A stretch of DNA of 64,000 nucleotides from Psilocybe cubensis (taxonomy: Eukaryota), in the NCBI GenBank assembly GCA_017499595.2, contig CM038999.1, forward strand, positions 372,001-436,000. Reading direction: 5' to 3'. The position numbers and the translations under genes were made by a program. The notes beneath the pieces were generated by a model. It saw nothing but the letters and a program-made list of their open reading frames with translations, was not told the DNA's origin and did not search any database. Shown here one piece after another: positions 50,534 to 61,700 of the stretch (position 1 is its first letter; every line of letters begins with the position of its first letter).

Positions 50534-53500
50534 ATGCTGGTGCTTCCAGGTTCCTCTTCTGTCTCAAAACCGAAGCTCGAGACACTCCTAGGAAGCATCC
50601 AACAAAAATGTGCAAGGATCGCGTCCGTTGACGCTGTCTGGCTTCATCTCGTTCAATGCAAAGGCTCTCAGCAAGAGGAGGACCTCAGGAATATCACTTC
50701 CAACTATAAATCTTTGCTTGATCGCCTCTTGACATACGGCGATTACTCTTCTTTCCCCGGAACGTTGGACGCGATCGCACAGGCAAAAAATGTGGCTTAC
50801 GTCCTACCAAGGCCAGGATCCGTTTCACCGTGGTCGAGCAAGGCCACAGATATCGCTATTCTGTGCAGACTGGACGGTCATGTGGAGAGGATTGAGCGGG
50901 GCAACGTGTTTGTGTTCACGACAAGGGACGGACAGGCTATCACAGAACAGGAGGTCGCGACGTTCTCTCACCTGCTTCACGACCGTATGACACAGTCTAT
51001 CGGGCTTTCACCACCCGTTGAATCCCAAATATTCTTCCACAATGAGCCCAAGCCTCTCCGCATCGTCGATCTCCAATCCGCCTCGGATGCTAAAGCCAAA
51101 CTGGTCTCAGCGAACGTCGAGTTGGGACTGGCGTTGGCCCCCGCAGAGATTGACTATCTCATTGACGCGTACGCCACGATGGGTCGTGACCCTACCGACG
51201 CCGAACTGTTCATGTTCGCGCAGGTCAACTCGGAACATTGTCGCCATAAAATTTTCAATGCTTCATGGACTATTGATGACAATCTGCGCTCTAACTCACT
51301 GTTCCAAATGATTCGCAACACCGAGAAGATCAGCAGCAAAGGGACGATCTCTGCCTACTCTGACAACGCAGCTGTGCTCGAAGGACATTCGGCCCCTCGA
51401 TTCAGTGCTTCTACTTCTGATCATGTCTACGGAGCCAAGAAAGAAGATATGCCCATCCTCATCAAAGTGGAAACCCATAACCATCCTACTGCGGTATCTC
51501 CCTATCCTGGCGCAGCTACCGGTTCAGGTGGCGAGATTCGCGACGAAGGTGCTGTCGGACGGGGATCAAAACCAAAAGCTGGCCTTGCTGGATTTACCGT
51601 CTCCAATCTTCTCATTCCTGGCTTCGAGCAGCCTTGGGAAACCGATTTCGGCCGCCCTACGCACATCGCCTCAGCGCTTGACATCATGATCGAAGGACCC
51701 TTGGGAGCTAGCGCGTTCAACAACGAGTTCGGGCGACCAGCGTTGACGGGCTACTTCCGCACTTTCTCGGAGAGCGTCCCCCTCTCCCTCGATGGCCAAG
51801 AGCGCGAGGTTAGAGGGTATCACAAACCCATCATGATCGCCGGAGGATACGGAAACGTTCGTCCACAATTTTCAAAGAAGACGGGAATCAAGGCTGGTTC
51901 GAAGATCGTCGTGCTGGGAGGTCCAGGTCTGCTCATCGGCTTGGGAGGAGGTGCTGCTTCCAGCCAGGTTTCTGGTGCGAGTTCAGCCGAGCTCGATTTT
52001 GCCTCGGTACAGAGGGACAATGCAGAGATGCAACGTCGGTGTCAACAAGTCATCGACGCGTGCGTGAGCGCCGAGGTCAATCCGATCGAGAGTATCCACG
52101 ACGTCGGCGCTGGAGGGCTGTCCAATGCTCTTCCTGAGTTGGTGCATGACTCGGATTTGGGCGCGATTTTCGAGATTAGAGATGTTCTCGTGGCGGACTC
52201 GTCGATGTCCCCTATGGAGATCTGGTGTAACGAGAGCCAGGAACGGTATGTTTTGGCTGTCGCCAACGACCGCGTTGACGACTTTGTGGCGATTGCAAAG
52301 AGGGAGAGATGTCCGTTCTCCATCGTCGGTGTCGCGACTGAGGAACAGGAGCTCATCGTTACGGACCGTTTGCTCAAGAAAGACGTCATTAGGCTGAAGA
52401 TGTCGACTCTTTTTGGAAAGGCGCCAAAAATGCAGAGGCGGGACACCACACGCAAAATTGATCGCGCAGAGTTTGATTCTTCCCTCGTCACATTGCTTCC
52501 CGATGTCGCCCACCTCTCAGAGCGTCTTCCTCAGGCTGTGGAACGAGTTCTTCGTCTTCCCTCTGTAGGCTCCAAGTCTTTCCTCATCACCATTGGCGAC
52601 CGCACAATCACGGGTCTTGTCACAAGAGACCAGATGGTGGGCCCGTGGCAAGTTCCTGTCGCTGACGTCGCCGTCACCCGCTCTTCATATGGCTTTGATG
52701 TTCAATGTGGAGAGGCTATGGCCATGGGTGAACGCACTCCTCTTGCATTGCTAAACGCGGGTGCTTCCGCTAGGATGGCCGTCGCAGAATCTCTTACCAA
52801 CCTCGTCGCTGCTCATGTTGGAGACATCTCCAATATTAAACTGAGTGCCAACTGGATGTGCGCCGCTTCGAAGGAAGGCGAAGGTGCTGCGTTGTATGAG
52901 GCTGTCCAAGCTATCGGTATGGATCTGTGCCCTGCTTTGGGTGTCGGAATCCCCGTGGGCAAGGATTCCATGTCGATGTCTATGAAATGGCGCGAGGGAA
53001 CCCAGCAGAAGGAAGTCAGCGCGCCTTTGTCGTTGATCATTACGGCCTTCTCTCCCGTTACCGACATTCGCAACACGTGGACTCCCCAGATCCGCACCGA
53101 CATTGGCGAACCAACAAGTCTCGTCTTCTTTGACCTTGCCCATGGGAAGCAGCGCCTGGGTGGATCGGCGCTGGCGCAAGTCTTCAAAGAGATTGGTGCT
53201 GAAGCACCCGATGTCGAGGACCCCGCCGTCCTCAAGGCCTTCTTCACTGCGTGCCAGAATATCAAAGCGAACCATCCAGATTTGGTTTTGGCCTATCACG
53301 ATCGTTCCGATGGTGGGCTGTTCACCACCATCGCCGAGATGGCTTTCGCTGGTCGTGTTGGCGTTGAAGTTTCTCTTGATGCTGTTCACTCTACTCGTGA
53401 TCCTATTTCAACTTTGTTCAACGAGGAGTTGGGCGCTGTCGTCCAAGTCCGTCAGTCGCAGCTCGATGAACTTATCGCTGCTTTCAACAATGCGAATTTC

Positions 53501-54562
53501 CCTTCCACTTCCATCCATGTCATCGCCAGTGTGAAATCACCATCTGACGAGACGATCACAATAATCTATCAAGGCCAGAACTTTTACAGCGCACAGAGGG
53601 CTGACCTCCAGAAGCTATGGTCTGAAACCTCGTTCAGAATGCAATCCATTCGAGACAACGCCACTGGTGCTGCCCAGGAATACGCTCTCATCAGCGATAA
53701 GTCGCATACTGGTCTCTTCTATGATTTGACGTTTACTCCCTCGCCCATGCCCAATTTCGTCAGCCGCCCAAAGGTCGCTATTCTGCGCGAGCAAGGTGTC
53801 AACGGTCAGGTGGAAATGGCGTGGTCGTTCACCGCTGCTGGCTTTGACGCCGTTGACGTCCACATGTCGGATATTCTCAGCGGCAAGGTCAGTCTCGTCG
53901 GTTTCAGAGGTCTCGCTGCATGCGGTGGGTTTTCGTACGGAGATGTTCTCGGAGCTGGCAAGGGATGGGCTAACTCTGCGCTGCTCAACGAAGTCGCACG
54001 TCGTGAGTTTGCCGATTTCTTTGCCAACGAAAGTACATTCGCCCTGGCAGTGTGCAATGGTTGTCAGTTCCTCAGCCACCTGCGCGAGATCATCCCTGGG
54101 ACGGAGAACTGGCCCGAGTTTAAACCTAACCAGAGCGAGCGCTTTGAAGGTCGTGTGTCTATGGTGGAGATCGTCGAGAACGACATCACCCGCAAATCCG
54201 TATTTTTGTCTGATATGGCTGGATCGAAGCTGCCTGTAGCCGTCGCTCATGGAGAAGGAAGGGCGGCATTCGCAAACGATACGCAGAAGGATTCTCTGCA
54301 TGCGGATGGCCTCGTTGCTATCCGGTATATCGACTCTCAGGGGCGACCTACAGAAGTGTACCCCTTGAATCCAAATGGAAGTCCAGCTGGGGTTACTGGA
54401 GTGCAGACGCCGAACGGGCGTGTTCTAGCTATGATGCCTCACCCAGAGCGTGTGGCAGCTATGGAGAGCAACAGTTGGTATCCCCAGTCGTTGAAGGAAT
54501 CTTGGAAGGGAACGGGTCCTTGGTTTACACTTTTCCAGAACGCGAGGAGATGGTGCAATTAA
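50534..54562 (+). CDS. ADE6: Phosphoribosylformylglycinamidine synthase (FGAM synthase, large PurL type)
   Basis: 1342-aa uninterrupted ORF with NSEHCRHKIFNA, KVETHNHPTAVSPYPGAATGSGGEIRDEG, glutaminase GGFSYGD / VCNGCQ and MMPHPER. Confidence 0.98.
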   Translation: MLVLPGSSSVSKPKLETLLGSIQQKCARIASVDAVWLHLVQCKGSQQEEDLRNITSNYKSLLDRLLTYGDYSSFPGTLDAIAQAKNVAYVLPRPGSVSPWSSKATDIAILCRLDGHVERIERGNVFVFTTRDGQAITEQEVATFSHLLHDRMTQSIGLSPPVESQIFFHNEPKPLRIVDLQSASDAKAKLVSANVELGLALAPAEIDYLIDAYATMGRDPTDAELFMFAQVNSEHCRHKIFNASWTIDDNLRSNSLFQMIRNTEKISSKGTISAYSDNAAVLEGHSAPRFSASTSDHVYGAKKEDMPILIKVETHNHPTAVSPYPGAATGSGGEIRDEGAVGRGSKPKAGLAGFTVSNLLIPGFEQPWETDFGRPTHIASALDIMIEGPLGASAFNNEFGRPALTGYFRTFSESVPLSLDGQEREVRGYHKPIMIAGGYGNVRPQFSKKTGIKAGSKIVVLGGPGLLIGLGGGAASSQVSGASSAELDFASVQRDNAEMQRRCQQVIDACVSAEVNPIESIHDVGAGGLSNALPELVHDSDLGAIFEIRDVLVADSSMSPMEIWCNESQERYVLAVANDRVDDFVAIAKRERCPFSIVGVATEEQELIVTDRLLKKDVIRLKMSTLFGKAPKMQRRDTTRKIDRAEFDSSLVTLLPDVAHLSERLPQAVERVLRLPSVGSKSFLITIGDRTITGLVTRDQMVGPWQVPVADVAVTRSSYGFDVQCGEAMAMGERTPLALLNAGASARMAVAESLTNLVAAHVGDISNIKLSANWMCAASKEGEGAALYEAVQAIGMDLCPALGVGIPVGKDSMSMSMKWREGTQQKEVSAPLSLIITAFSPVTDIRNTWTPQIRTDIGEPTSLVFFDLAHGKQRLGGSALAQVFKEIGAEAPDVEDPAVLKAFFTACQNIKANHPDLVLAYHDRSDGGLFTTIAEMAFAGRVGVEVSLDAVHSTRDPISTLFNEELGAVVQVRQSQLDELIAAFNNANFPSTSIHVIASVKSPSDETITIIYQGQNFYSAQRADLQKLWSETSFRMQSIRDNATGAAQEYALISDKSHTGLFYDLTFTPSPMPNFVSRPKVAILREQGVNGQVEMAWSFTAAGFDAVDVHMSDILSGKVSLVGFRGLAACGGFSYGDVLGAGKGWANSALLNEVARREFADFFANESTFALAVCNGCQFLSHLREIIPGTENWPEFKPNQSERFEGRVSMVEIVENDITRKSVFLSDMAGSKLPVAVAHGEGRAAFANDTQKDSLHADGLVAIRYIDSQGRPTEVYPLNPNGSPAGVTGVQTPNGRVLAMMPHPERVAAMESNSWYPQSLKESWKGTGPWFTLFQNARRWCN

Positions 54563-55024
54563 AATGCCATGGTATGTGGTCACTTTCTCCCGCGTTCACG
54601 TTTCATTATTGAAACAGTTATATTTTTAACAGTTCGATTGGCGATAATGTATTATACTAAATTATAAACTGTGGAGCTAAAGTTTATAACATGAATCATG
54701 GAAATGCTGAAAACAATATCTGGTATTTACTCATCAGCTATGGCTGTCACTTTTTATCATTGAATATCTAAAGCAAAGCAAATTATACATTCCATGATTA
54801 GAGATTCATCAAATCATTGACATGCTATGTGATGTGGTTGTAGAAGTCATTGGGTGTTATTTGAGCTACTTATAACCGAGCGCTGCTCCAGATATGTTCG
54901 TCTACGTGACCGCGTGGGGAATCGTGGCCCCGCTCGTCTAGAAAGCTTATCAACGTCTCCCTTGAACTTCTTCTCTAAACCAAGAAATATGCTCATAAAT
55001 TCCACAGATCCCACTCATTTCAAT

Positions 55025-56408
55025 ATGAGCGGTACATCATATTCTGTCCTTTTTCCTGTCGAACAACCTCCACGGGAATCAGGATGCGGCTCGTTCTCTA
55101 GTAAAGACTATTGGGCTTCTCCATTCGTGGGGTCTCTGGAAGGCTTGCAACCCGGTGCGCTGCATAACATCCGCTAAAGTGATATTGAATATCTTATTAC
55201 CACCAAATAAACAGACAGTTTTGCATCAAGTCTCAGAAAGCTCCCTTCAAGCCGAGACGAAATTTTCCACGTCATAGAGAATTCAGACACGGAGTGGCCG
55301 TCGCTATTAGACTTTGTGGAGAAGTACTCAGCCCTGATTTCCTCTCGTGCCCAACACGTACAAGGACTCAATAGGAAGATTCAGGACTTCATTGATACTA
55401 AAGTCTATGAAGCAAAACTTCCGGCTTATTGGGGGAATCTGATATCGAATAATGGTTTGTACATCTTCTCTTTCAAAGGCTCTATGCAATAAATGACTAT
55501 GGTTAGCCTCGACGTCTGTCAGACATGGTTACACGCGAGAGGAGATTGATGAAGCTTTCTTATACCTCGAACTTGAGGTGCGAGATATGGGAAAGTTCTG
55601 TGCTGCGTGAGTAAGTTCGTGTTCTTTGCAAGGCAAACTCGTATAGGGAGATCTTTTAGATTTGCTCAATTCTTTCAGCCTGGCCGTGTAGAAAATTTAA
55701 AACCGATATCAATAGCAGACCAAATGATACCCCTCATTGTCACAATCGCAAAAGATGGCAAGGAATGTGACCTTATTGTGAAAGATTATTATGCTTCCAA
55801 AGTTAAACGGTCTTTGTGTGAGTATAATTCCATCAACCTTTACACCACTCATTGGTGTTGATAGTGGGTACACAGACACACAGCTTCATATCGACTACGT
55901 ACCGCAGATATCATCATGGGCCATCAAACTCAACTCTCACAGACTCCAGCTACAGCTTTCTCTGGCAGCTTACTTATCCTTGAGGTCGTTTGACGGGCCA
56001 ATTGGTACAGAGTTTGGGGCAGACTTTATTTTATTCTTGGGATGCAATATTTTCCCGGAATTACGCACGGATGGCCTTTTCCATGCTGATATACCGCGGA
56101 GTATCAGCCTGGAAGAAGCTCTTGATGTGGATGAAGAGTTCAACTTGGATTCTTTGAAGGATACAATTCTAAATTCTTGCTCTTTGATTCCACCAACCGA
56201 ATTGAATTCGCCTTGTTGGCGCCTTGACCTCGCCAAGAAGTATTTTTCAGTCACCAGTGCCATATACTCACCGTCAGATTCGTCAATATACTCAGTAGCT
56301 TCTTCGAGAACAAATGAAACGGACTACGGAACACATTATAGGAGAATGGCACTCTCTATATCTTCATTGGATAGCTTGCCTGCGTCTTTAGATATAATTG
56401 AATTATAA
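55025..56408 (+). CDS. Short paralog C: helical domain + C-terminal YSVASSRT motif
   Basis: 5 spliceable exons encoding DTEWPSLLDFVEKYSALISSR, ISIADQMIPLIVTIAKDGKEC, WAIKLNSHRLQLQLSLAAY...IFPEL and YSVASSRTNETDYGTHYRRMALS. Confidence 0.7.
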
Positions 56409-57132
56409 TAGGTCACTTAAATGATTATATTTAAAATTTCTACCTACTGCACTGCAAAAATCTAAATAGACGTTAAATATTAAATGCCAAACAAAAGGGG
56501 TGCGTTTCACAGCGCGCTTTAATCACGTGACGTGAATATTAATAATGCTGCCGCCGGCCTTTTGCGTTGTTTTTCCAATGTTTTCCCCTTATTTTCTCTT
56601 TCAAGTTCTCCTTCAACAGGGACAATGCCGTCGGTCTTCTTCACGTTCTATTTTCTCGCTCAAAAGGCAAATTTCTCAGAAAAACAATACCTCAGTTGAA
56701 GATTCTAACCAGAAACTGGAAACAACAGCAGCTTCTGAGCGCTTCCAAGTTCCGAGCAGAGAGTCTTCGCTGCTTTTGACTAATTTCTAGATGTATTGAG
56801 GCCAAGTTTTCGGTGTCAATGTTAATGGGAGCTTGAAGCCCATCATTTTCGTGCTCTACATACCGACTTTACAACGCCTTTCTTAGGTATCAATCGGTAA
56901 CCAACTTGCGAGGCAGACAAAGCAAAGCAACAAGGTGCCCACTGGTGACACAAACCAGGGTGGAAAATACGAATGTATTTCTTTTCTAGTACGTTCTTCT
57001 CCTTTTCCGGAATGTATGTGGCACTGAAAGGTATTCATATAAATTTTGTCTTCTCTCTTGCATTTTTCTCTCAACCCCCTCTGACTCCGACGACTTACCT
57101 TCACTCCGAATTCCTCTTCATCGCTTTCATAC

Positions 57133-57888
57133 ATGTCTGACAGTCTTAATCTGCATGATATTATGGTCAATTGCTATCCGGCAGGACTGTTATACGAATA
57201 CGGTGGCTTTGCATTTGCTCAACTACCGCCTGTGGCTCGAGAATTTTTACAGTTGTATGGACTTTTTGTCACGCGACAACCTGCTGAAGAACTCACCACA
57301 GACGGCTTCAAAGCTCTCAACGATCAACTCGTAACTGTACGCCGGGCAGAGCTTAATCGTCTTCATACCGCCACGCAAGAGGTTCACCGCAATATTGGTA
57401 TTCAACTGCTGGCTCTATCCTCCGGTGATGACTCGGCTCGTAATATTTTACGCGATACATTAATCCCATATTGGCGCAGTCTCTTAGATGAGTATGTCTT
57501 ACGAAACGATGCCCTGCTCTGGTATGAACTGGAAATGCGGGGAAATGGGCTTTTTCATTTACAACCTGGTCAATATCTTTTCGACCGCGTACAAGATATA
57601 GACCGAATGAGGGAGCTTGTCATGCGTTGGTTGCAAGAAGAGAGACCGCAGTCAGAAGAACCTTCAAATTCGAGAACTTTGGATGAAATCTCCACTGAAG
57701 AGCATGATGTAGTTGAAGGCACGAATTCATTGGTCCATGATGAATCGATCTTTTCTAGCGACGAGGAGCCGCAATTCTCAAGCATCGAATCGATGCAGAA
57801 TTTTATACCGAGCCCCAAGCCTAACCATCAGCGGCGAAGTCGTGCCCGAAAACGTGCCAGGAAATCTACGGTGTATACTTCGTATTAA
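57133..57888 (+). CDS. Hypothetical intronless protein, helical core with an acidic linker and basic C-terminus
   Basis: A 251-aa ATG-initiated ORF ending in RRSRARKRARK (NLS-like). Confidence 0.6.
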   Translation: MSDSLNLHDIMVNCYPAGLLYEYGGFAFAQLPPVAREFLQLYGLFVTRQPAEELTTDGFKALNDQLVTVRRAELNRLHTATQEVHRNIGIQLLALSSGDDSARNILRDTLIPYWRSLLDEYVLRNDALLWYELEMRGNGLFHLQPGQYLFDRVQDIDRMRELVMRWLQEERPQSEEPSNSRTLDEISTEEHDVVEGTNSLVHDESIFSSDEEPQFSSIESMQNFIPSPKPNHQRRSRARKRARKSTVYTSY

Positions 57889-58054
57889 AGAGGAGCAGGA
57901 AGTCTCTTGAGTATTTAGAAGCCTACGTATCGACATGTACAGGTTGTATACCGGTATCTAATCTAATCAACGACACGGGGACGTTAGTACTAGTACTCTA
58001 ATTTAATAATACACGTGCCATCTCCTCGGATACAATGGTTTTCCTTCTCCTGCC

Positions 58055-60105
58055 ATGTCGTCCGATTCTGCTGCCAGAAGTCAGCATGCTCGATCCGGGA
58101 TGCTGCGTGGCTTGGTACGCAGCATGAGTGGAAAGCAGAGGCAAGATTCATCTCCTGTAACAACTACTACTCATATGGGCGAAGAAAGAAAATTACTACA
58201 AATGAACTTGGAATCAGTAGATGTTTCTGCGGCGAGTGGATCACCTTTGCAAAGCATAGCCAGCACTAGTTCATCTCCAGCAGAAAGGAGACTTAAAATT
58301 AGCGAACGACTAAAGCAGCTGGGAAGAGATATAACCACAGGCAAACTACGGAAACATAGCGATAAATCCATTCCGGCATCCCCTAGAATTACCGTCGGAG
58401 AGTTTCAGCAAGGAGACATAATACAAACGACTGGTCATGCTGTGGTAGCTGAAGACTCCAACCGATCTGAGCTACGTACAAGCTCTGCTCTGGAATATAA
58501 CCACGCAAAACAATTAAGTGTGGTAGCAGAGGTCGCAGAACCAGGTCAAGAACCTGTAGTTGAGGTCCCTAATGAAGGTGTACCAGGGGCAACGATACCT
58601 CTAGAAGATCCCACAGAAGCGTCTACATTCGCAAAACGTATACAGTCTTTAATCGATTCCTTGCCATTCCCCACTTCAGGCGAAAAACAACCTATTTCTG
58701 CAGTCAAGGATCCTGATTCCCCTTCTCCAAATGACGCAGGGCGTCCCATTCCTCCTGATATTCCTTCAATTCAAGATTCCGGTCTCATTAATTTGCTATC
58801 TAGCCCCGCCATCATGAACGGCTCTACCTCGAAGGGCCGCCCAAGTATCTGGAGTATACTTGAAAGGGTCGGTTCTCCTACCCAACATGCCCCTCTTCCT
58901 TCCCCTTTTACAGCAGGAGATACCAATGTCGATGAACCTAGCGATGAACATTCTATATACTCAGATAACTCTAGCGTCATGGTATACTCACCTCTGATAC
59001 CGACCCTTGACGATCAAGTCGAGTTGGCAGAGCTCGTTCCCATCGAACCAGACAATGTTGTCTTGGAGACTGAGACTGCCATTGAGGGCACATCGTGGAC
59101 ATCGGTTTGGCCGCTTTCCATTTGGTATGGCTTGCCATCGCGCTCTACAGCGTCTCCTGTGGAATCGAAATCAGGTTTGTCACCAGAACCTATACCTTCA
59201 TCGCCTACACCAAATCAGGGTAAAGAGGGGAATGTCGTGCGTTCGCAGACTCCTCGAGCTTGGGTTCCGTCGAATACGAAACTGTCTGTACAAGCCATGT
59301 GGTGGGGGTATAGATTGTACGTATTTTTTCTGACCCTTTTACTCTCACTAAGAATCTTTGCTAGATACCTGCCCCCACCTGTGCTAGAAATTCTCAGCGA
59401 TAAAACCCTGGAGGCAACAAAGCGAGCCTCTATGATTACGACGGCACTAACCTGGTTTTTTAACCATCTTCCGATCGACGCTTTACCACCTCCGTTACGC
59501 CCTGCTGCCCTTCTTTTACAACGTCTTGCTCCCTTTCTAGGATACATTGGCACTTTCATCTCGTGGAGCTGGAGTACTATTAAAAGCTACGATATCGGTA
59601 GGTTTAGATATTTTTCTAGTGGTCTCCGCTTACCAGATCAGCAGGTTTTGGTGTCACCTTGACTGCAACATGGCTACTTCCCGTAGCACTGATTCCCGGT
59701 ACATGGAGAGAAAATGATTTCCCAAAATCGCCCACTCAAAGTCCAATCGCGCTACCTCCTACCAGTCCTCCCACCTCTCATGCACTGTTAGATCCCATTC
59801 TCCCTGATTCACCACCGGCAACGTCTCCGTCACTATCATACGTTACCGCGAACCAGTCAACCCCATCACCCCGATCTGTGTTTATCCCGGTGCCACCTAT
59901 GCCACTAGATCTTCCGCCCATCCCTCCATCTCCTATACCTCAACTGGTGCCAGTGGGATCACCTCTCATGAAAGAGCTTCTAAAAGGGCCTGTACTTGGG
60001 CCTGTACCTCTTCCTGACGAAGATGCACCTTCGCCAATGATGCCCACTGTAAAGCCAACTACGAAAAATCGAGCAAAAGCGTTTTTCACAAGAAGCCCTA
60101 GGTAG
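58055..60105 (+). CDS. Hypothetical protein, Pro/Ser-rich with a hydrophobic C-terminal core
   Basis: A 535-aa ORF plus a last exon. Core segments are WVPSNTKLSVQAMWWGYRL|YLPPP, LAPFLGYIGTFISWSW and LTATWLLPVALIPG. Confidence 0.8.
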
Positions 60106-60356
60106 CGACACCGGTTCCCTACTAATGGATTTCCAGAAATCCTTTCTGATTTAACGCTTCGCCATCCCGAACGTGTAGTTTTTATGACCTTACGACCACA
60201 TCCACAGCCACTAATAATGCCATATCTATGTTCTGTGTCAAGTAAATCATTCAAACCTTACTCTTACACGCCAAAGGTCCTAAAAATCACTCAAGAATGA
60301 TTGTGAATGAAATATTTCATTCGACATAATATACACTACTGTAAACGTAAGTGTAT

Positions 60357-61700
60357 CTACTTCTTCTTTCCCTTGACGGCAGCCTTGGCGTGAGCCTTCG
60401 CAGGAGCTTTGGCGGGGGCGGCGGCCTTGTGGGCTTTGGCGACAACGGGCTTCTTCACAGCGGCGGCCTTGGCGGGGGCGGCCTTGTGAGCTTTGGTGGC
60501 AGCTTTGACATGAGCGACCTTGTGAGCTTTGGCAACGGAGGCCTTGTGGACTTTGGGGGCATTAGCCTTGTGAGCTTTGGCGGCGGCGGGCTTCTTTTCG
60601 GCGTGTGCAGCCGACTTCGAAGCGTGCTGGACAGACTTCGCGGCAGCCTTGTTGGCATGGGCGGCCTTTGTCGCCTTCCCGGCTTTGAGTGGCTTCTTGG
60701 CGTCGACCGACTTCTGAGAACCATGGGACTTGGTGTTAGCAGCTACCTTTGCATTGGACTTCGCGGCAGGGCCCTTGGACTTAGGCTTCCATGCGCACGC
60801 TTTAGCAGCGCGGCGAAGCAATGCACGCCTCTAGAAATAAGTATCAATATATCTTGTTCATGTTGGAGAATCCAAATCTTGACTTACGACAACAGGATGA
60901 GACTCCTCCAGTGCTCTTCTGGCGACGTGGGGACATTCGTCACCGAAAACGCGGTATGCGTCTGCGTTGTGGTGCGTCTGATCGGAGTGCTTTGCATTCA
61001 GGATGTCCATATGACTGTCCTTATCTATAAGGTGTGACAAAGAAGTTAAACGAGTTTCAAGGAAGAATCGTATCTGATAGACGTACATCCAACAATGGGG
61101 TCTCCCTTCTTACCAGGGGTACCATCTGCCTTGAAGTGATCGACAGCTCCGTTCTTCGCATGGGCGGCTTCATGGAGAATTGTTCCAGCACGCGTATTTG
61201 CATCCGACGAATAAAAGGCGGATCCAAACTTGATGTGACCGTTGGGCCAGGTTCCTCCTTGAGTGAGGCCAGGCTCAGGGTCGGATGAGGGAATCATGAT
61301 CTTGGAATTGTCCATGTTGTCAATCTTCTTCCTAATCTCAGCGACGTTTGCGTTCTTGCCGAAGGCCTTGACAGTGGCTGGATGGGCCTTGGCTTGAGCG
61401 TCAGGCAAGTTGATGACGGCCTTCATGTTCTTGAGCTTTTGGTTGACTAGCAGGATAAATGAGCTTCCCGCAATACGAGATCAGATGACACCATTTAACT
61501 TACCGACCGGCATTGTTTCTTCAATCTTGCCTTTGTGTTCACCATCTGCGATCTTAGCCTGCATCGGCATAGGAGCGGCCAGGGCAGCTACAGGAAACCA
61601 GTCAGTGACTTGGTATAGATATGAACACAAGCAAAGAAGACGTACATTGCACAGAAATGAGTGCAGCAATAGCAAGGGTGACATAAGAAGGGTAGAACAT
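60357..61700 (-). CDS. Secreted M35-type (aspzincin / Lys-specific metalloendopeptidase-like) protease with a Lys/Ala/His-rich C-terminal tail
   Basis: Signal peptide MFYPSYVTLAIAALISVQ, then RAGTILHEAAH (HExxH), GAVDH and NADAY. The last exon consists of AKAHKA-type repeats. 5 exons. Confidence 0.8.

Noticed and set aside
51154-54301. Multiple antisense and alternate-frame ORFs within ADE6
   Set aside because: Explained by codon bias of the real gene.
60351-61037. 228-aa Gly-rich plus-strand ORF
   Set aside because: Antisense shadow of the Lys/Ala-rich exon of the M35 gene.
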